64,000 bases of DNA, from positions 940,421 to 1,004,420 of the forward strand of contig JAHDYR010000062.1 of assembly GCA_019828565.1 (NCBI GenBank). Direction: 5' to 3'. The stretch is from Carpediemonas membranifera BICM (taxonomy: Eukaryota; Protista; Fornicata). Numbering within the stretch: position 1 is the first letter of the stretch; each line of letters begins with the position of its first letter. Under the pieces are notes generated by a model, which saw only the letters and a program-made list of their open reading frames with translations, did not search any database and was not told where the DNA came from. Positions 41,530 through 53,009 of this stretch are shown here, one piece after another. Position numbers and translations under genes: made by a program.

Positions 41530-43989
41530 ATGCCTTTTGGTCGTGTTTATAACGTTCTTTCTGGAGATTCTCTAGTCCTTGTGCCCTCCAAGGGTGCCAT
41601 TGGTCCTTCCCCTCCCAAGGAGCGCGTCATCAGCCTCGCATTCCTCTCTGCCCCCAGAGCTCGCCGCGATACTGCTGAGCCTTTCGCTATTGAGTGCCGT
41701 GAAGAGCTTCGTAAGCGCTGCATTGGCAAGCAGGTCAAGTTCGAGGTAATCTACTCTGCTGGCAACCGCGAGTTCTGCCAAGTGTGGCTCTCCCCCGAAG
41801 TTGACGCCGCTATGGAGCTCCTACACGCTGGTTATGCTAAGATACACACCTCTGTCCGCGAGAATCAGCAGAACGACCTCTATCACGCCTACGTCGCCGC
41901 CGAGCAGGAAGCCAAGGAGGCCCACGCCGGCATGTGGGGCGCTCAGCCCCTCCAGCTCCTCACCCAGGCGCCCGACGCGACTCCTCTGATCGGGAAGACT
42001 GTGAATGCGGTCCCCGTGTTCGTCATGAACGGGTCCTTCCTCCGAATCCAGATGTCCGGAACCGACGGCGTCTACACCACCCCCGCCACACTCGCCGGTG
42101 TCGCGTGTCCCTCAGTGCCTAAGGATGACGAGCCTGAGGACGCCATGGCTGTCGCCGCGAAGATCTTCACCGAGTCCCACGTACTCGGCCGCGACGTCGA
42201 CTTCCAGGTCACCTCCGTGGATAGAAACGGCGGGCTCATCGGCGTCCTGTCCTTCGCCGGGCACTGCCTCAACAAGGAGCTGCTCGCCCTCGGCTACGGC
42301 ACCCTCGCCGAGTGGTCGGCCCGGTCATACCCGGGCCTCCACGAGTTCAGGGCCGCCGAGAAGGCCGCGCAGGCTGCCCGTAAGAACATATGGGCGTCAC
42401 ACGAGCCTGCCCCCTCCTCTCTGCAGGGCTCGGGCATCCCGTCGTACTTCGAGGGCACCGTCGTGAAGGTCGCCTCCCCCACCTCCCTCGTCCTCTCCGG
42501 CGCTGGCGTCCCACCCGACTTCAAGCTTGTGATCTCCTCCGTGAAGGGTCCCGCCGGCTGGCGCATGGACCAGAATGCCTTCAAGCCCGAGCCCTGGGCC
42601 TGGGAGGCCCGCGAGGTGCTCCGCTCCCACGTGGGGAAGAAGTGCAAGGTGACCGTCGACTACATGCGCACGGTCACCCGCAACGAGAAGGAGGAGCAGA
42701 TCGTCTACGGCACCGTCAAGTGCGGCAAGCACAACCTCGCCGAGCAGCTCGTTAAGCGTGGCCTCGCCATCCCGGTCTACTACCGCAACTCCACTGACGA
42801 GCGCTCCCCTGAGTACGACAACCTCCTCGAGGCCGAGCGCCGCGCCAAGACGAACAAGGCCGGCCGCCACTCCGGCAAGGAGGCACCCGTGCACTTCATC
42901 AACAACCTCTCGTCCACCCCCGCCCGGGTTAAGGAGATGGTCGGCATCCTCCACCGCGACGTCCGGCACCCTGCCATCGTCGAGCACGTCATCGGGGCGG
43001 ACAGGTATCGTCTCTTCATCCCCTCGGCCTCAGCCATGGTGGTCGCCGCCCTCAACGGCGTCAGAGCACCTTCGACCAAGGACCGCGAGCCTTACTCGAA
43101 GGAGGCCCACCAGTTCGCCACGGAGACGCTGCTGATGAGGGATGTCGAGGTCACCATCCGCGACACCGATCCCCGCGGCACACTCCTCGTTGCCCTCCAC
43201 CTCAATGATGAGGACTTCGCCACTACCCTTATCAGCAAGGGTCTCGCCAAGTGCCGTGGTCGCGGCGCTACTAACGCCCAGCACCAGGCCGAAGAGGACG
43301 CCATGGCGGCCCGTGTCGGTCTGTTCGCTATCGAGACCGCCCCCGTCGCCAAGAAGGAGGCGACGGCGTCCATGCGCCATGACCAGGTGATCCTGACCCA
43401 TGTCGTCGAGGAGGACCCCGCGACGGTCTACCTCCGGCCCGTCGGCGCGGCCCCTGCCCAGGACGGCAACCACATCCACCCCCTCACGGAGAAGCCCCGC
43501 AAGAACGCCGTCGTCGCCGCCAAGGTCAACGGATCCTGGCTGCGCATGTCTGTGACCGCTGTCCGTGGCGACGAGGTTGAGGGCGAGCTGCTCGATGTCG
43601 GCAAGGTCGACACGTTCCCCGTCAGCGCCCTCGGCTCCCTCCCTGCGGCCGCCGCCTCCAAGCCCCGCATGGCCCGCCGCACCCGTCTGGCCTTCACTAT
43701 CGCCGCCCCTGACCAGCACGATGAGGCGTTTGAGGCCCTCCTCGACGTTGCTCTCGATGCCGAGTTCCGCGCTGACGTTGTTGACGGCGCGACACCCGAG
43801 GCCCTCCTCTATAACAACGACGGCCAGTGCCTCAACGAGTACATGGTTGGTGAGGGCCTACTGGTCTTCACTGATGGCCCCAAGTCCATGGAGCACGCCC
43901 GCGACGTTCTTAAGCAGCTCACGGCCGATGCAAAGGGCGACCGGAGAGGCATCTGGCGCTTTGGCGATTGGGTTGACTTTGAGGAATAG
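41530..43989 (+). CDS. SND1: Tudor staphylococcal nuclease (Tudor-SN/p100)
   Basis: 'VLSGDSLV', 'EPFAIECREELRK', 'EPWAWEAREVLR', 'EPYSKEAHQF', Tudor-like segment, terminal 'GIWRFGD'. Confidence 0.93.
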   Translation: MPFGRVYNVLSGDSLVLVPSKGAIGPSPPKERVISLAFLSAPRARRDTAEPFAIECREELRKRCIGKQVKFEVIYSAGNREFCQVWLSPEVDAAMELLHAGYAKIHTSVRENQQNDLYHAYVAAEQEAKEAHAGMWGAQPLQLLTQAPDATPLIGKTVNAVPVFVMNGSFLRIQMSGTDGVYTTPATLAGVACPSVPKDDEPEDAMAVAAKIFTESHVLGRDVDFQVTSVDRNGGLIGVLSFAGHCLNKELLALGYGTLAEWSARSYPGLHEFRAAEKAAQAARKNIWASHEPAPSSLQGSGIPSYFEGTVVKVASPTSLVLSGAGVPPDFKLVISSVKGPAGWRMDQNAFKPEPWAWEAREVLRSHVGKKCKVTVDYMRTVTRNEKEEQIVYGTVKCGKHNLAEQLVKRGLAIPVYYRNSTDERSPEYDNLLEAERRAKTNKAGRHSGKEAPVHFINNLSSTPARVKEMVGILHRDVRHPAIVEHVIGADRYRLFIPSASAMVVAALNGVRAPSTKDREPYSKEAHQFATETLLMRDVEVTIRDTDPRGTLLVALHLNDEDFATTLISKGLAKCRGRGATNAQHQAEEDAMAARVGLFAIETAPVAKKEATASMRHDQVILTHVVEEDPATVYLRPVGAAPAQDGNHIHPLTEKPRKNAVVAAKVNGSWLRMSVTAVRGDEVEGELLDVGKVDTFPVSALGSLPAAAASKPRMARRTRLAFTIAAPDQHDEAFEALLDVALDAEFRADVVDGATPEALLYNNDGQCLNEYMVGEGLLVFTDGPKSMEHARDVLKQLTADAKGDRRGIWRFGDWVDFEE

Positions 43990-45004
43990 AAGAATTAAAG
44001 CGAGTCGTTCTTACGTTTGTGGCTGACGCAAGCTGACTTCTTGCACGGAAACGATTGGGCCAGGTCAACGATAGTCAAGATGCCGGATTTGAATGTTAGA
44101 TGAGAAGCCCAGTCGACACAAGTAAAGGCAATGAGGGGACTGGCCTTGCAGTTTCAGAGACAGAATCCGTCATCTTTTTTCATGCAGATGATTTGCTTTT
44201 TTGCGTGAAAAAAAGAGACAGATGAGCGAACGATCGATGATCATTCGTTTCATTGCTCTATGAAGACATTAGCCTACGTTGTCGTAATGATGATGACGAA
44301 AACTTACTGGCTGAGAGCGCATACCTCTATATTTCTCTAATCAACATCACAATACCAAACGACCTCTCAAACTGGCCACAATGACTAGTTTAGACGGTTG
44401 CCAATCCGTTTCAGTAAAGCTATTCCTTCGCCTCTCTGGATAACTGGTTCACATTCACTATTCGTCGACACTTTCCCGTTGTGCTTTGTGATTCAGGCTA
44501 AACGAGCAAGCAGCCGAGTTGGCCAAGAGCATGACGTAACACCAAGCTCACACGGAGCACGCTCTCGCACTACCCTGCGCTGGAATCTGACCGAGACCGC
44601 AGTTGACAAGTGTCGACATTCCATCATGCTCTTGTTTGGCTTTGATGGAGTGTCACTGGAGAGGAACTCTCGCTGGTACACCCATTCACACACCATACAC
44701 AGTTTCGTCCCATTGCAAATCATTTACTCCTTCACTAAGACACGTCCAGACGGTTGGCAGTGTTCATGTAGCCGCCGGTGCGTCCTCTACGGCCTCTACG
44801 GCCTGCGATCTCTGTGCTGCCAGTTTCAGTCTCATAAACGCCGTATGGAGATGGATCCTGTGAATAGATCGACTGGGTTGCTCCCATGTCTGGTTGGTTG
44901 TATTTGTTGCTGGCAAATTTCTTTTTTTTCAAATCTTGCGGCACCTCCGCTCCTCCACGACACAATCGCCTACACGAAGGGAAATTTATGGTAAAATAGC
45001 AAAG

Positions 45005-46573
45005 TTACATGGGCCGTGCAGGCCGGATGAGGTCGTTCAGGAATGACCCCAGAATCTCGTCCAGATAGTCCTTCGACTGCCGCACCTGCTGCTGCCGGGT
45101 CGGCGGGGCGGGGGTCTCCGTCCGCAAGACCTTCGGAGAGGTCTCGGCGATGGGCTGCTGGGTCGATAGCAGGGCGTACGGGTCCTCAAAGAAGGCCGGC
45201 TCTCTCATGGCGCCCCGGGCTGGCGTCCGCGTGGTGAGTGGGTGCGGCGACCCGGCAGGGCGGATGGGCTCGTCGTGGCCGAGCAGGTTCCTTGCTGTGA
45301 ACATTCGGATGGTCTCGTCGAGGGCATCGTGGGGTGACGGGGTCGCTGGGGCATCCGGCTCCGGCTCTGGGTCGGGCGGGCCTGCTGGAACGGTCTCGAC
45401 GTGTAACCCAGCGCGCTGTCCAAACGGCACCGGCACTACAGGCGATAGCTCGGCCCGCTCATCAACGGGCTCCGCGGCGATGTGCACGGCATCGGCGCGC
45501 GGCGTCCAGGTCCCGTCGGCCGCGGTGACAGTCACAGGGCCCATGAGGAAGTCGGGCACGACGGGGGCGGTCTTGGCGTGCCCCCTGGGGATCTTCGGCG
45601 TCGAGACGCGCGAGAGGGGCAGGGTTGGCTGGAGTGGGGCGGGGCTCCTCTCCCGCGACACAATGCCCTCCACTACTGGGCAATCGGCTAGTCCAGCCGG
45701 CTCTGGTGTGGGTGGTGATGCCCTGAGCGGTGCGGGTGGGCTATCAATGACGTCCCGGATGACGGGGTCGACCACGAGGGACTGTTCGGACTCGGCCCCG
45801 CCCTCATCAATCTCAAGAGACACGGACTCGTCATCCTCTTCCTCCACACCGACCCTGGGGCTCGGGGGCTGCATCATGACCCGTTCCCTCTCGGGCAGCT
45901 CCGTCAGGTCGAGCTCGGGGAGGGCCGGGAGGGCCTCGAGCGTCCTGAGCTGCAGGAACGGGACAGTCTCCATGCCTTGCGGCTGTTCCTGAAGAGCAAG
46001 CCCGCCCAGCGACCTCATACGAACTGCGGGGCCCGGGGCAGCGGCATCGCATAACGTGACGTCGAACGGCACCGGGATGTTCTTATCAGGGCCCACTGCG
46101 ATGTCCTTCGTCTCGTTGCTGTGCCGAGGGACCTCCGTGTGTGTCGTCTCCAGTCTTGGCGACAACGTGTCCACCGTCAGGCTATACGTGCTCGCGACCA
46201 TGGGCGTCGGGACGGGCGTGCTGACAAATACTTCGACGGGGTCGGTCGGACGGAGCGAGGATGGCGCCGGGACAGGCCTTACTGGCGTGCGGACGACAGG
46301 GGGCGGCGGGGCGGGGCGGCTTGGCGAGGTGGAGTACTGGAAGGTCGGATTGAGCTCGACGCGGGGTTTGATAATCTCACTCTGTGTTCTATCATGGACA
46401 ATGATCGGAGACGGTGACTTTTTGGTCTCTGAAGGGGGCATTGGGCTGTTCCTCAAACGGAACGATGAATTAATATGATTGTGGTTTTCTTGGACCTGTT
46501 CTAAGATAACGTCTGCATCCATAAGGATTCGCGATAACGCATCAAGGGCGTGGAGCCCCTGTTCTCCGGTCAT
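45005..46573 (-). CDS. Proline-rich hypothetical protein
   Basis: ~520-aa low-complexity ORF; no domain recognised. Confidence 0.65.
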   Translation of the reverse strand: MTGEQGLHALDALSRILMDADVILEQVQENHNHINSSFRLRNSPMPPSETKKSPSPIIVHDRTQSEIIKPRVELNPTFQYSTSPSRPAPPPPVVRTPVRPVPAPSSLRPTDPVEVFVSTPVPTPMVASTYSLTVDTLSPRLETTHTEVPRHSNETKDIAVGPDKNIPVPFDVTLCDAAAPGPAVRMRSLGGLALQEQPQGMETVPFLQLRTLEALPALPELDLTELPERERVMMQPPSPRVGVEEEDDESVSLEIDEGGAESEQSLVVDPVIRDVIDSPPAPLRASPPTPEPAGLADCPVVEGIVSRERSPAPLQPTLPLSRVSTPKIPRGHAKTAPVVPDFLMGPVTVTAADGTWTPRADAVHIAAEPVDERAELSPVVPVPFGQRAGLHVETVPAGPPDPEPEPDAPATPSPHDALDETIRMFTARNLLGHDEPIRPAGSPHPLTTRTPARGAMREPAFFEDPYALLSTQQPIAETSPKVLRTETPAPPTRQQQVRQSKDYLDEILGSFLNDLIRPARPM

Positions 46574-46749
46574 GGTTGAACGCTGATCGCTTCGAATTTT
46601 TGGCGTGCAGTCTAAGCACATGCGGCCGTGCGCTCCATGGAGACTGCCGGGGCCAGTTGGCAGGGGTTAGAGGCCAAGGGACGCCCGGCCGATCGCTGTT
46701 TCGGCGCAAAAACTTTTTTCATCCATTTCGTTTTCGCACATATTCTGCA

Positions 46750-49700
46750 ATGTCTACTCGGCCCATTCCTACACTCCGCACGCCTAGAAAGCGTAAGGAA
46801 GAAAACAAGGACGAAAACGTGTCCCTGTCTACTATCAAGCCCATCGATGGCGTAAGTTTTTGCCACCAAACTCACACAGCGCATCGAACTCGTGAGAAAG
46901 AACCTCACTACACTGGAGGGTCTTGGCGATCAGCCCCGCCTTGAGTTCCTGTACCTCCGCGACAACTATCTGACCTCTTGGCAGGAGGTTGGTGTCATGA
47001 GCTCTCTCAAGATCCTCGACATCGGCAACAACTCCTTCACCAGCCTCAGGTTCCTCAGCCAGATCCCCGGACTGCGTCAGTTGTATGCGAACTGCAACAA
47101 CATCGTCTCTCTTTCCGACATGCCCTCGATGCCCCAGCTGGAGCACCTCTCTGTCTCCCACAACAGCATCGAGTCCCTCGTCGGCATGCCCGACCTGCCC
47201 TCCCTCCGCGGCCTCTGCCTCACTGGCAACAGTCTGACGTCGTTCGTCGGCTTCCCGCACCTGCCCCGCCTCGAGATCATCCGCCTCGGTGACAACCCCC
47301 TCACCGAGGTGGCCGACACCATCACTGCCACTACAGACCCTAACGCCCCCACCTGGCGTCAGCTCGTCATCGCCCTTGCAGGCAAGAACCTGCGCAAGAT
47401 TGACGGCGCAGACATCTCCGAGGACGATACCCGGGCGGCCGCCAACCTCCCCTCGATGCTCATCCCTGCTCTCCAGGCCGGCTACCTCGTCGGAAGCGGC
47501 CTTGACGACGACACCCGCACCTTTGCCGACCCTACGAAGCTCGTGGACGACGTCTGCGCCTACGTGGTCGAGGCCCAGCGTCAGGAGCTGATCGAGTCTC
47601 AGATCGAGCTCGCCCACCTCACCACGATGCCCGAAGTTGTCGAGGAGAACAAGCCCGTCACTGGTGAGATCGAGTTGCACGCCAACGACGAGGTGGAGCA
47701 GCACCCCCAATGGTTCAGCTGGAACCCCGCGACCCACGCTTTCCAGCCCATTCCCGGCGCCACTGACTTCACCTACACGCCCCAGAGTACCGACATCGGC
47801 TGCTGCCTCCGCTTCGAGGTGCTGGTCACCCGCGGCGACGAGCCCTTGTGCACCGTGTTCGCACTGTCGCCGGACGTCCTCGAGACGGAGCCCGAGTGCC
47901 TCGCCATCAAGTTTGACGGCCTCCCCATGGAGACGGAGACTCTGGCCATCGACCGCAAGTACGTCGGCGGCGTGGAGGCCGTCCGTGCCCACGAGACGCT
48001 GCCCTTCTCCACCGTGACCTGGAGCCGCGTCTCCCAGGACGGTGTCCGCACCGAGATCGCCAGCGGTGCCTTCGCCAACCACGACCGCTACACCCTGACA
48101 CTCGCGGACGTCGACCACGTCATCGAGGCGTCGTACACGCCTGCCCGTAACGACGGTATCGTCGGCAAGGAGGTCGTATGCTGCACCGAGGCCCCCATCA
48201 AGGCCGCTAAGCCCTCTGCTAAGGCAGTGAAGGTCGTCTCTGAGGACCCCGAGGCCGGCTTCGTCGAGCACGTCACGCTGCAGGGCACGGGTGTGTACTA
48301 CGGCGGCCGCCAGGGCATGTGTCAGTACCGCTGGTACCGCGAGTCCCAGCCCGCCACACCCCGTGCCCGCGCCCGTGCCCACCGCGAGGGAGCATCGACG
48401 GCTCCCACCGGCGACCCGACGAGCGACGCCTGGGCTGTGATCGAGGGCGCCACGGCCCAGACATACATCCCGACCCTCGCGGACGTCATGCACCACCTCA
48501 TGTTCGAGTTCACCCCCGTCAGTGACGACGGCGAGGTCGGCGTGCCCCGCACTTACGTCACGGAGATGATCCGCCCGGCCCCGCCGCTCATCATCGACCC
48601 CGCCGTCCAGGGCTCGTGCCTCGAGGGCGAGGAGCTGTACGTCACCGGCAAGTACGTCGGCGGGCACGAGGGCAACTCAAACCTGCAGTGGTTCGTTGAG
48701 TCGAGCAAGACCAAGGCCGGCCAGCCCAAGTTCACCCGTATCGCCAACGCCACGGGCCGCACCTTCACGCCCCGCCGCGAGTTCATCGGCAAGTACGTCT
48801 CTGTCAAGTACACGCCCGTCCGTGACGACGGTGTCCGCGGCGACGTCGTCGTGGCCGTGTCACCCGAGGCCATCAGCGCCGCGCCCCCCACTGTGTCCCG
48901 GCTGGAGATCCGCTCGTTCGACAAGACCCAGGGCACCAAGATTGTCCTCGGCATCGGCTACCTCGGCGGCACAGAGGGCGAGACCACCGTCTCCTGGTAC
49001 CGCTCCGCCCCGGGCATCGAGACGGCCCCTGACGCCGACTCGGACCGCGACTGGGAGCTCGCCTGCGACGTGGCCTCTTGCTCCGGCCGCGGATCTATCG
49101 AGTACGTCTCGACGTCCCAGGACATCGGCTGCTGGCTGCGGGTCAAGATCGTCCCCGCTCGCGATGACGGCATCGTCGGCAACGCCAAGACCCTCGTCAT
49201 GCCCGAGGCTATCGTTGCTGCCGCCCCTACTTTCGAGCGCTTCGAGTTCGATGGCGAGTTTGTGGAGGGCAAGACCGTGACTCTCAACGCCGTCTACCAC
49301 GGCGGCCAGCCCGGCAAGCACGACATCGAGTGGCGCGTGTACAACAGCGATAGCGACGAGGGCGTTCCTGTCGACATGTCGGAGCTCGAGTTCTCCGAGG
49401 ACGGCACAATGACCGTCCTCCGCATCGACAGCGAGCATGTCGGCAAGCGCTTCGGTGCCCGGGGCCGCCCCGTCCGTGTTGACGGGACCGTGGGCCCCGA
49501 GTACACCGTAGCACGGTCCGACGTCGTCTGCTTCGCTCCCCCCGCCGCCCAGCTCCGCATCATCGGCGAGCCGGTCCAGGGAAACATCCTCGACGTCGAC
49601 GTCGCCTACATCGGCGGCAAGGAGGGCGCGTCCCGAGTCCGCTGGCTGGCCTCCATGGAAGAGGCGAAGGAGGGCCGCAAGACGCAGGTCTCGACTCGTC

Positions 49701-51340
49701 CCGTCGGGGATCAGTGCCGTTACACGCCCCAGGCGGGCGACGTCGGCCGCACCCTCACTATCGAGTACACGCCGGTCCGGTCAGACGGTGTTGTCGGCAA
49801 GCCGTGCCGCGCCTCCGTGGGCCCTGTAGCCCCGTGCGACCCCGCCGTGACGGCCGTAGACATCCCTGCCCAGATCGTCGAGGGCGCCCCCGTGGTGCTG
49901 ACGTACAGCTACATCGGCGGCGTCGAGGGCGACACGCAGGTGTCCTGGTTCACAAAGAACACCCCCGAGGACGCCTGGACCGTCGTCTCGGCTGAGCGTG
50001 AATTTACGCCCCACCATAACCACATCGGCCTCTACCTCAAGGTCGAGATCATCCCCGTCCGCACAGACGGTGTCCGCGGCGAGAAGGCCGTTGCCGAGTG
50101 CTCAACCCCGATCGTCTGCGGCCAGCCCACGGCGTCGGACGTTCACCTCGAGGAGGTCGCCGAGATCCCCGGCGCTTTCCGCATCTGCTACACCTACAGC
50201 GGTGGCGAGGAGGGCGAGAGCACGTTCCGCTGGTACCGCACGACGACTGTCGGCAGCCGTACACGGTCGGTCATCAAGAGCGCCACCCGCCGCGTCTACC
50301 GCGCGACCCGGAAGGACGTCGACTGCACCATCACCGGCCAGGTCGTCCCTGTGCGTTCCGATAAGGTGACGGGCAAGAAGGTCTTCACAGAGCCCACGGA
50401 CAAGATCCGCAACGACGTCGACTTCGCCGAGCCGACGATCTTTGAGATGACGCTCACCGACGCCGTCGAGAACACCCCCTGCGCTGTGGCCGGCGTGTTC
50501 GACAACTGTACCCCCGACTCGTGCCAGTACGTCTGGACGCTCATCGACAAGGACGGCACCCAGACGCCCCTGGACGTCACCGGGCCCCAGTTCACGCCGC
50601 TGTACGAGCATATCGGCATGAGACTCGCCGTCCAGTGCACCCCTGTCGACGAGGAGGGCATCGTCGGCCGCATGACCAGCGCGGAGTCCGGCACGATCGT
50701 CGCCGGGCCCCCCACCGCGAAGATCACTCCCGTCTCTGGCAAGGACATCGGCGAGGACGCCGTCGTAGAGCTCCAGTATCTCGGCGGCGATGAGGGCGAG
50801 ACCCGCGTCGTCTGGATGCGGTCCAAGGAGACCGTGCCCGAGGGCGGTCTGCCCGCCAACGCCGAGTACGAGGCCGTCTACTCCTCGGTGACGGGCCCCA
50901 ATTCGCCCTCCCAGCTCAACCTGCCCTTCTTGGCCGCCGACCTCGACCACGCGGTTAAACTACGCGTTATCCCGGTTCGCTCTGACGGGAAGGAGGGCGA
51001 GATCATCGACGTGCCCCTCGGCAACAGCAAGGTCGGTGTGACCGAGGAGGTGCAGGCCAAGATCGGGGGCCACGACACCGTCTTCAACGTCACTCTGCTG
51101 GACGTCACGAAGGACGCCGCCCGGTCAATGGTCATCGAGCACGGCAAGCTGAAGTTCCGCAAGGGCCGTAAGACCCTGACCAAGACGGCCATCGGCCCCA
51201 CGACGACGATTGAGCTCCTCGAGGGTCTGAGGATGAGCGTCAAGCTCGGCGACATGGCGTTTGAGTGTGAGGCGTCCGACGCCATGAGCCGCAACGTGCT
51301 GGTGCTGTCCGTGAACAAGATCAAGGCCGCCGCCAAGTGA
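46750..51340 (+). CDS. AIR9: AIR9-like microtubule-associated protein (LRRs plus multiple A9 Ig-like repeats); intron 46852-46879
   Basis: LRRs 'LEFLYLRDNYL'; repeated 'Y.GG.EG....W...YTP...DVG..L...YTPVR.DG..G'. 28-nt GTAAGT...CTCACACAG intron in frame; AGTAAA at 51340. Confidence 0.9.
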
Positions 51341-51378
51341 GTAAAGCGCTGATTGTATTATGAAACTTTATGAAAAAC

Positions 51379-52791
51379 TCACCAGCGCAGCGTGATGAGG
51401 TAGATCTCGCTGCTGGTAAAGACCCTCACCGGCGGCCCCCATACTCCGGTCCCAGCACCCACCACCAGCCGCGTGCCCCCGGGGAGGGTGTAGGCGCCGT
51501 GGACGTGCTTGTATCGGAGCCGGACGACCTTGGTGAAGGGCCAGATCTGGCCGTTGTGGGTGTGGCCTGACAGGATCAACCGGACACTCGGGTTCTGGTC
51601 GCCCTCCTGGACCTCCGCGGGTTGATGCTGCAGGAGGATCGTCGGACGTGTCACGTCAAGACTGCCGAGGGCGGCCTTGAAGTCGGTCTTGAAGTCGCCG
51701 CGGCCGGTGAAGTCATGCACACCCGCGATATTGACCGGGCCGACCTGCATGGCCTCATTGCAGAGTACATTAACCCCCGCCTCGGTCAGTCGGTCGAGCC
51801 ATGCGTGAGGCGACTGCATCAGGTCGTGGTTCCCGGAGCACGCAACAAGGCCGCCCGGGAGCCTGGGCTTGAACTTGGCGAATGTCGGGGCGACGGGGAC
51901 GAACGCGGAGTAGTCCGAATCGTTCAGATCGCCTGTTATAGCAATGATGTCAGGGCACAGTGCATTCGTCTGGGCTGCGACCCGATCAAGCCACTTGGAC
52001 CCGCGGATAGAGCCGCAGTGGAGGTCTGTCAGGTGGGCGATGGTGACGCTACGGGCGGTCTGGTCGGACTCGGACTCGGGTGCCTGGGCGATCGACTGGG
52101 CCTGAGTGGCGTCGGCAGTGTCGGTGAGGCCGACAGTCAACCGGATGACCTTGGGGGCCCGCAAACCCTGGAAGAACGCCAGGATGGTGATGGTTCCAGC
52201 GCTGAGGAGGCTGAACCATGCCACGAAGGAGATTAAGAGGGGGAAGGAGTGTTGCATGGTGTGTGACAGGTAGAGGTCAATGGGGGCAGTGATGATCTCT
52301 ACAATGTACCACGGGAGCACGAATATCGACATAACGATGGTGATGCCAAACACAGCACTGCCGACGTTGACGGCGAGCTTAGTGACGAAGCGCTGTCCGA
52401 TAATCATAGGAGTGATCAGGGAGACGGGGAAAACAAAGGAAATAAGGAGCACGAAGGCCACCAGTGCCGCTGTGGGGATGGCGACGAGCATGGAGTGGAG
52501 GGCGGGGATGACCATGATGGCAAGGAAGACCTGGCCTGCAACAATGAGGTTGAAAATCACCGTGAAAAGGGTGAAGATGGAAAGGAAGATGGTGCCGAAG
52601 ATCGCCATGGCCCATGGGCCTGTGAGGCCGATGTTCTTGCCTCTGGCCATCACGGGGTTCATGTTCTCATAGCGATCGCCGAGCTTCTCGCCCTGCTTGG
52701 GCATCGGCTTATCTGTTTCAGCGAGACGTTCACTGAGCTTCTCAGTGTCGCCGTCTGACTTGAGCGGCGCCATGTCCATTTCCTCAGCCAT
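51379..52791 (-). CDS. Membrane-anchored calcineurin-like metallophosphoesterase (YkuE/TMPPE-like)
   Basis: N-terminal TMs; 'TDLH', 'ITGDL', 'GNHD', 'HQP', 'SGHTHNGQ', 'GTGVWGPPVR'. Confidence 0.92.
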   Translation of the reverse strand: MAEEMDMAPLKSDGDTEKLSERLAETDKPMPKQGEKLGDRYENMNPVMARGKNIGLTGPWAMAIFGTIFLSIFTLFTVIFNLIVAGQVFLAIMVIPALHSMLVAIPTAALVAFVLLISFVFPVSLITPMIIGQRFVTKLAVNVGSAVFGITIVMSIFVLPWYIVEIITAPIDLYLSHTMQHSFPLLISFVAWFSLLSAGTITILAFFQGLRAPKVIRLTVGLTDTADATQAQSIAQAPESESDQTARSVTIAHLTDLHCGSIRGSKWLDRVAAQTNALCPDIIAITGDLNDSDYSAFVPVAPTFAKFKPRLPGGLVACSGNHDLMQSPHAWLDRLTEAGVNVLCNEAMQVGPVNIAGVHDFTGRGDFKTDFKAALGSLDVTRPTILLQHQPAEVQEGDQNPSVRLILSGHTHNGQIWPFTKVVRLRYKHVHGAYTLPGGTRLVVGAGTGVWGPPVRVFTSSEIYLITLRW

Positions 52792-53009
52792 GAGATTTGA
52801 TGAGGATGCAAGTGATTTGAGCCTGGTTGAATGATTCGTGAATCTGATGATCCATATCGCCCGGGTGGCCGTGTGGAGCATAGTGCTTCACACAGCTTTC
52901 TATGTCGGCCGCTGAGCCGGCATCTGGGAACATGCCGGGTCGACCATGAAGCAACACGGAGGGATTTACGGACGATGAGCAGTTCGATATCATACAAGTA
53001 TATAAGGGC

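Noticed and set aside
44398-44994. 198-aa ORF
   Set aside because: TTG start, no codon bias, no motif; probably intergenic.
46835-48667. 610-aa antisense ORF and many other long overlapping ORFs (e.g. 15982-16848, 25815-26966, 36625-37740, 62406-63407)
   Set aside because: Shadow ORFs caused by high GC3 codon bias of the real gene on the opposite strand.
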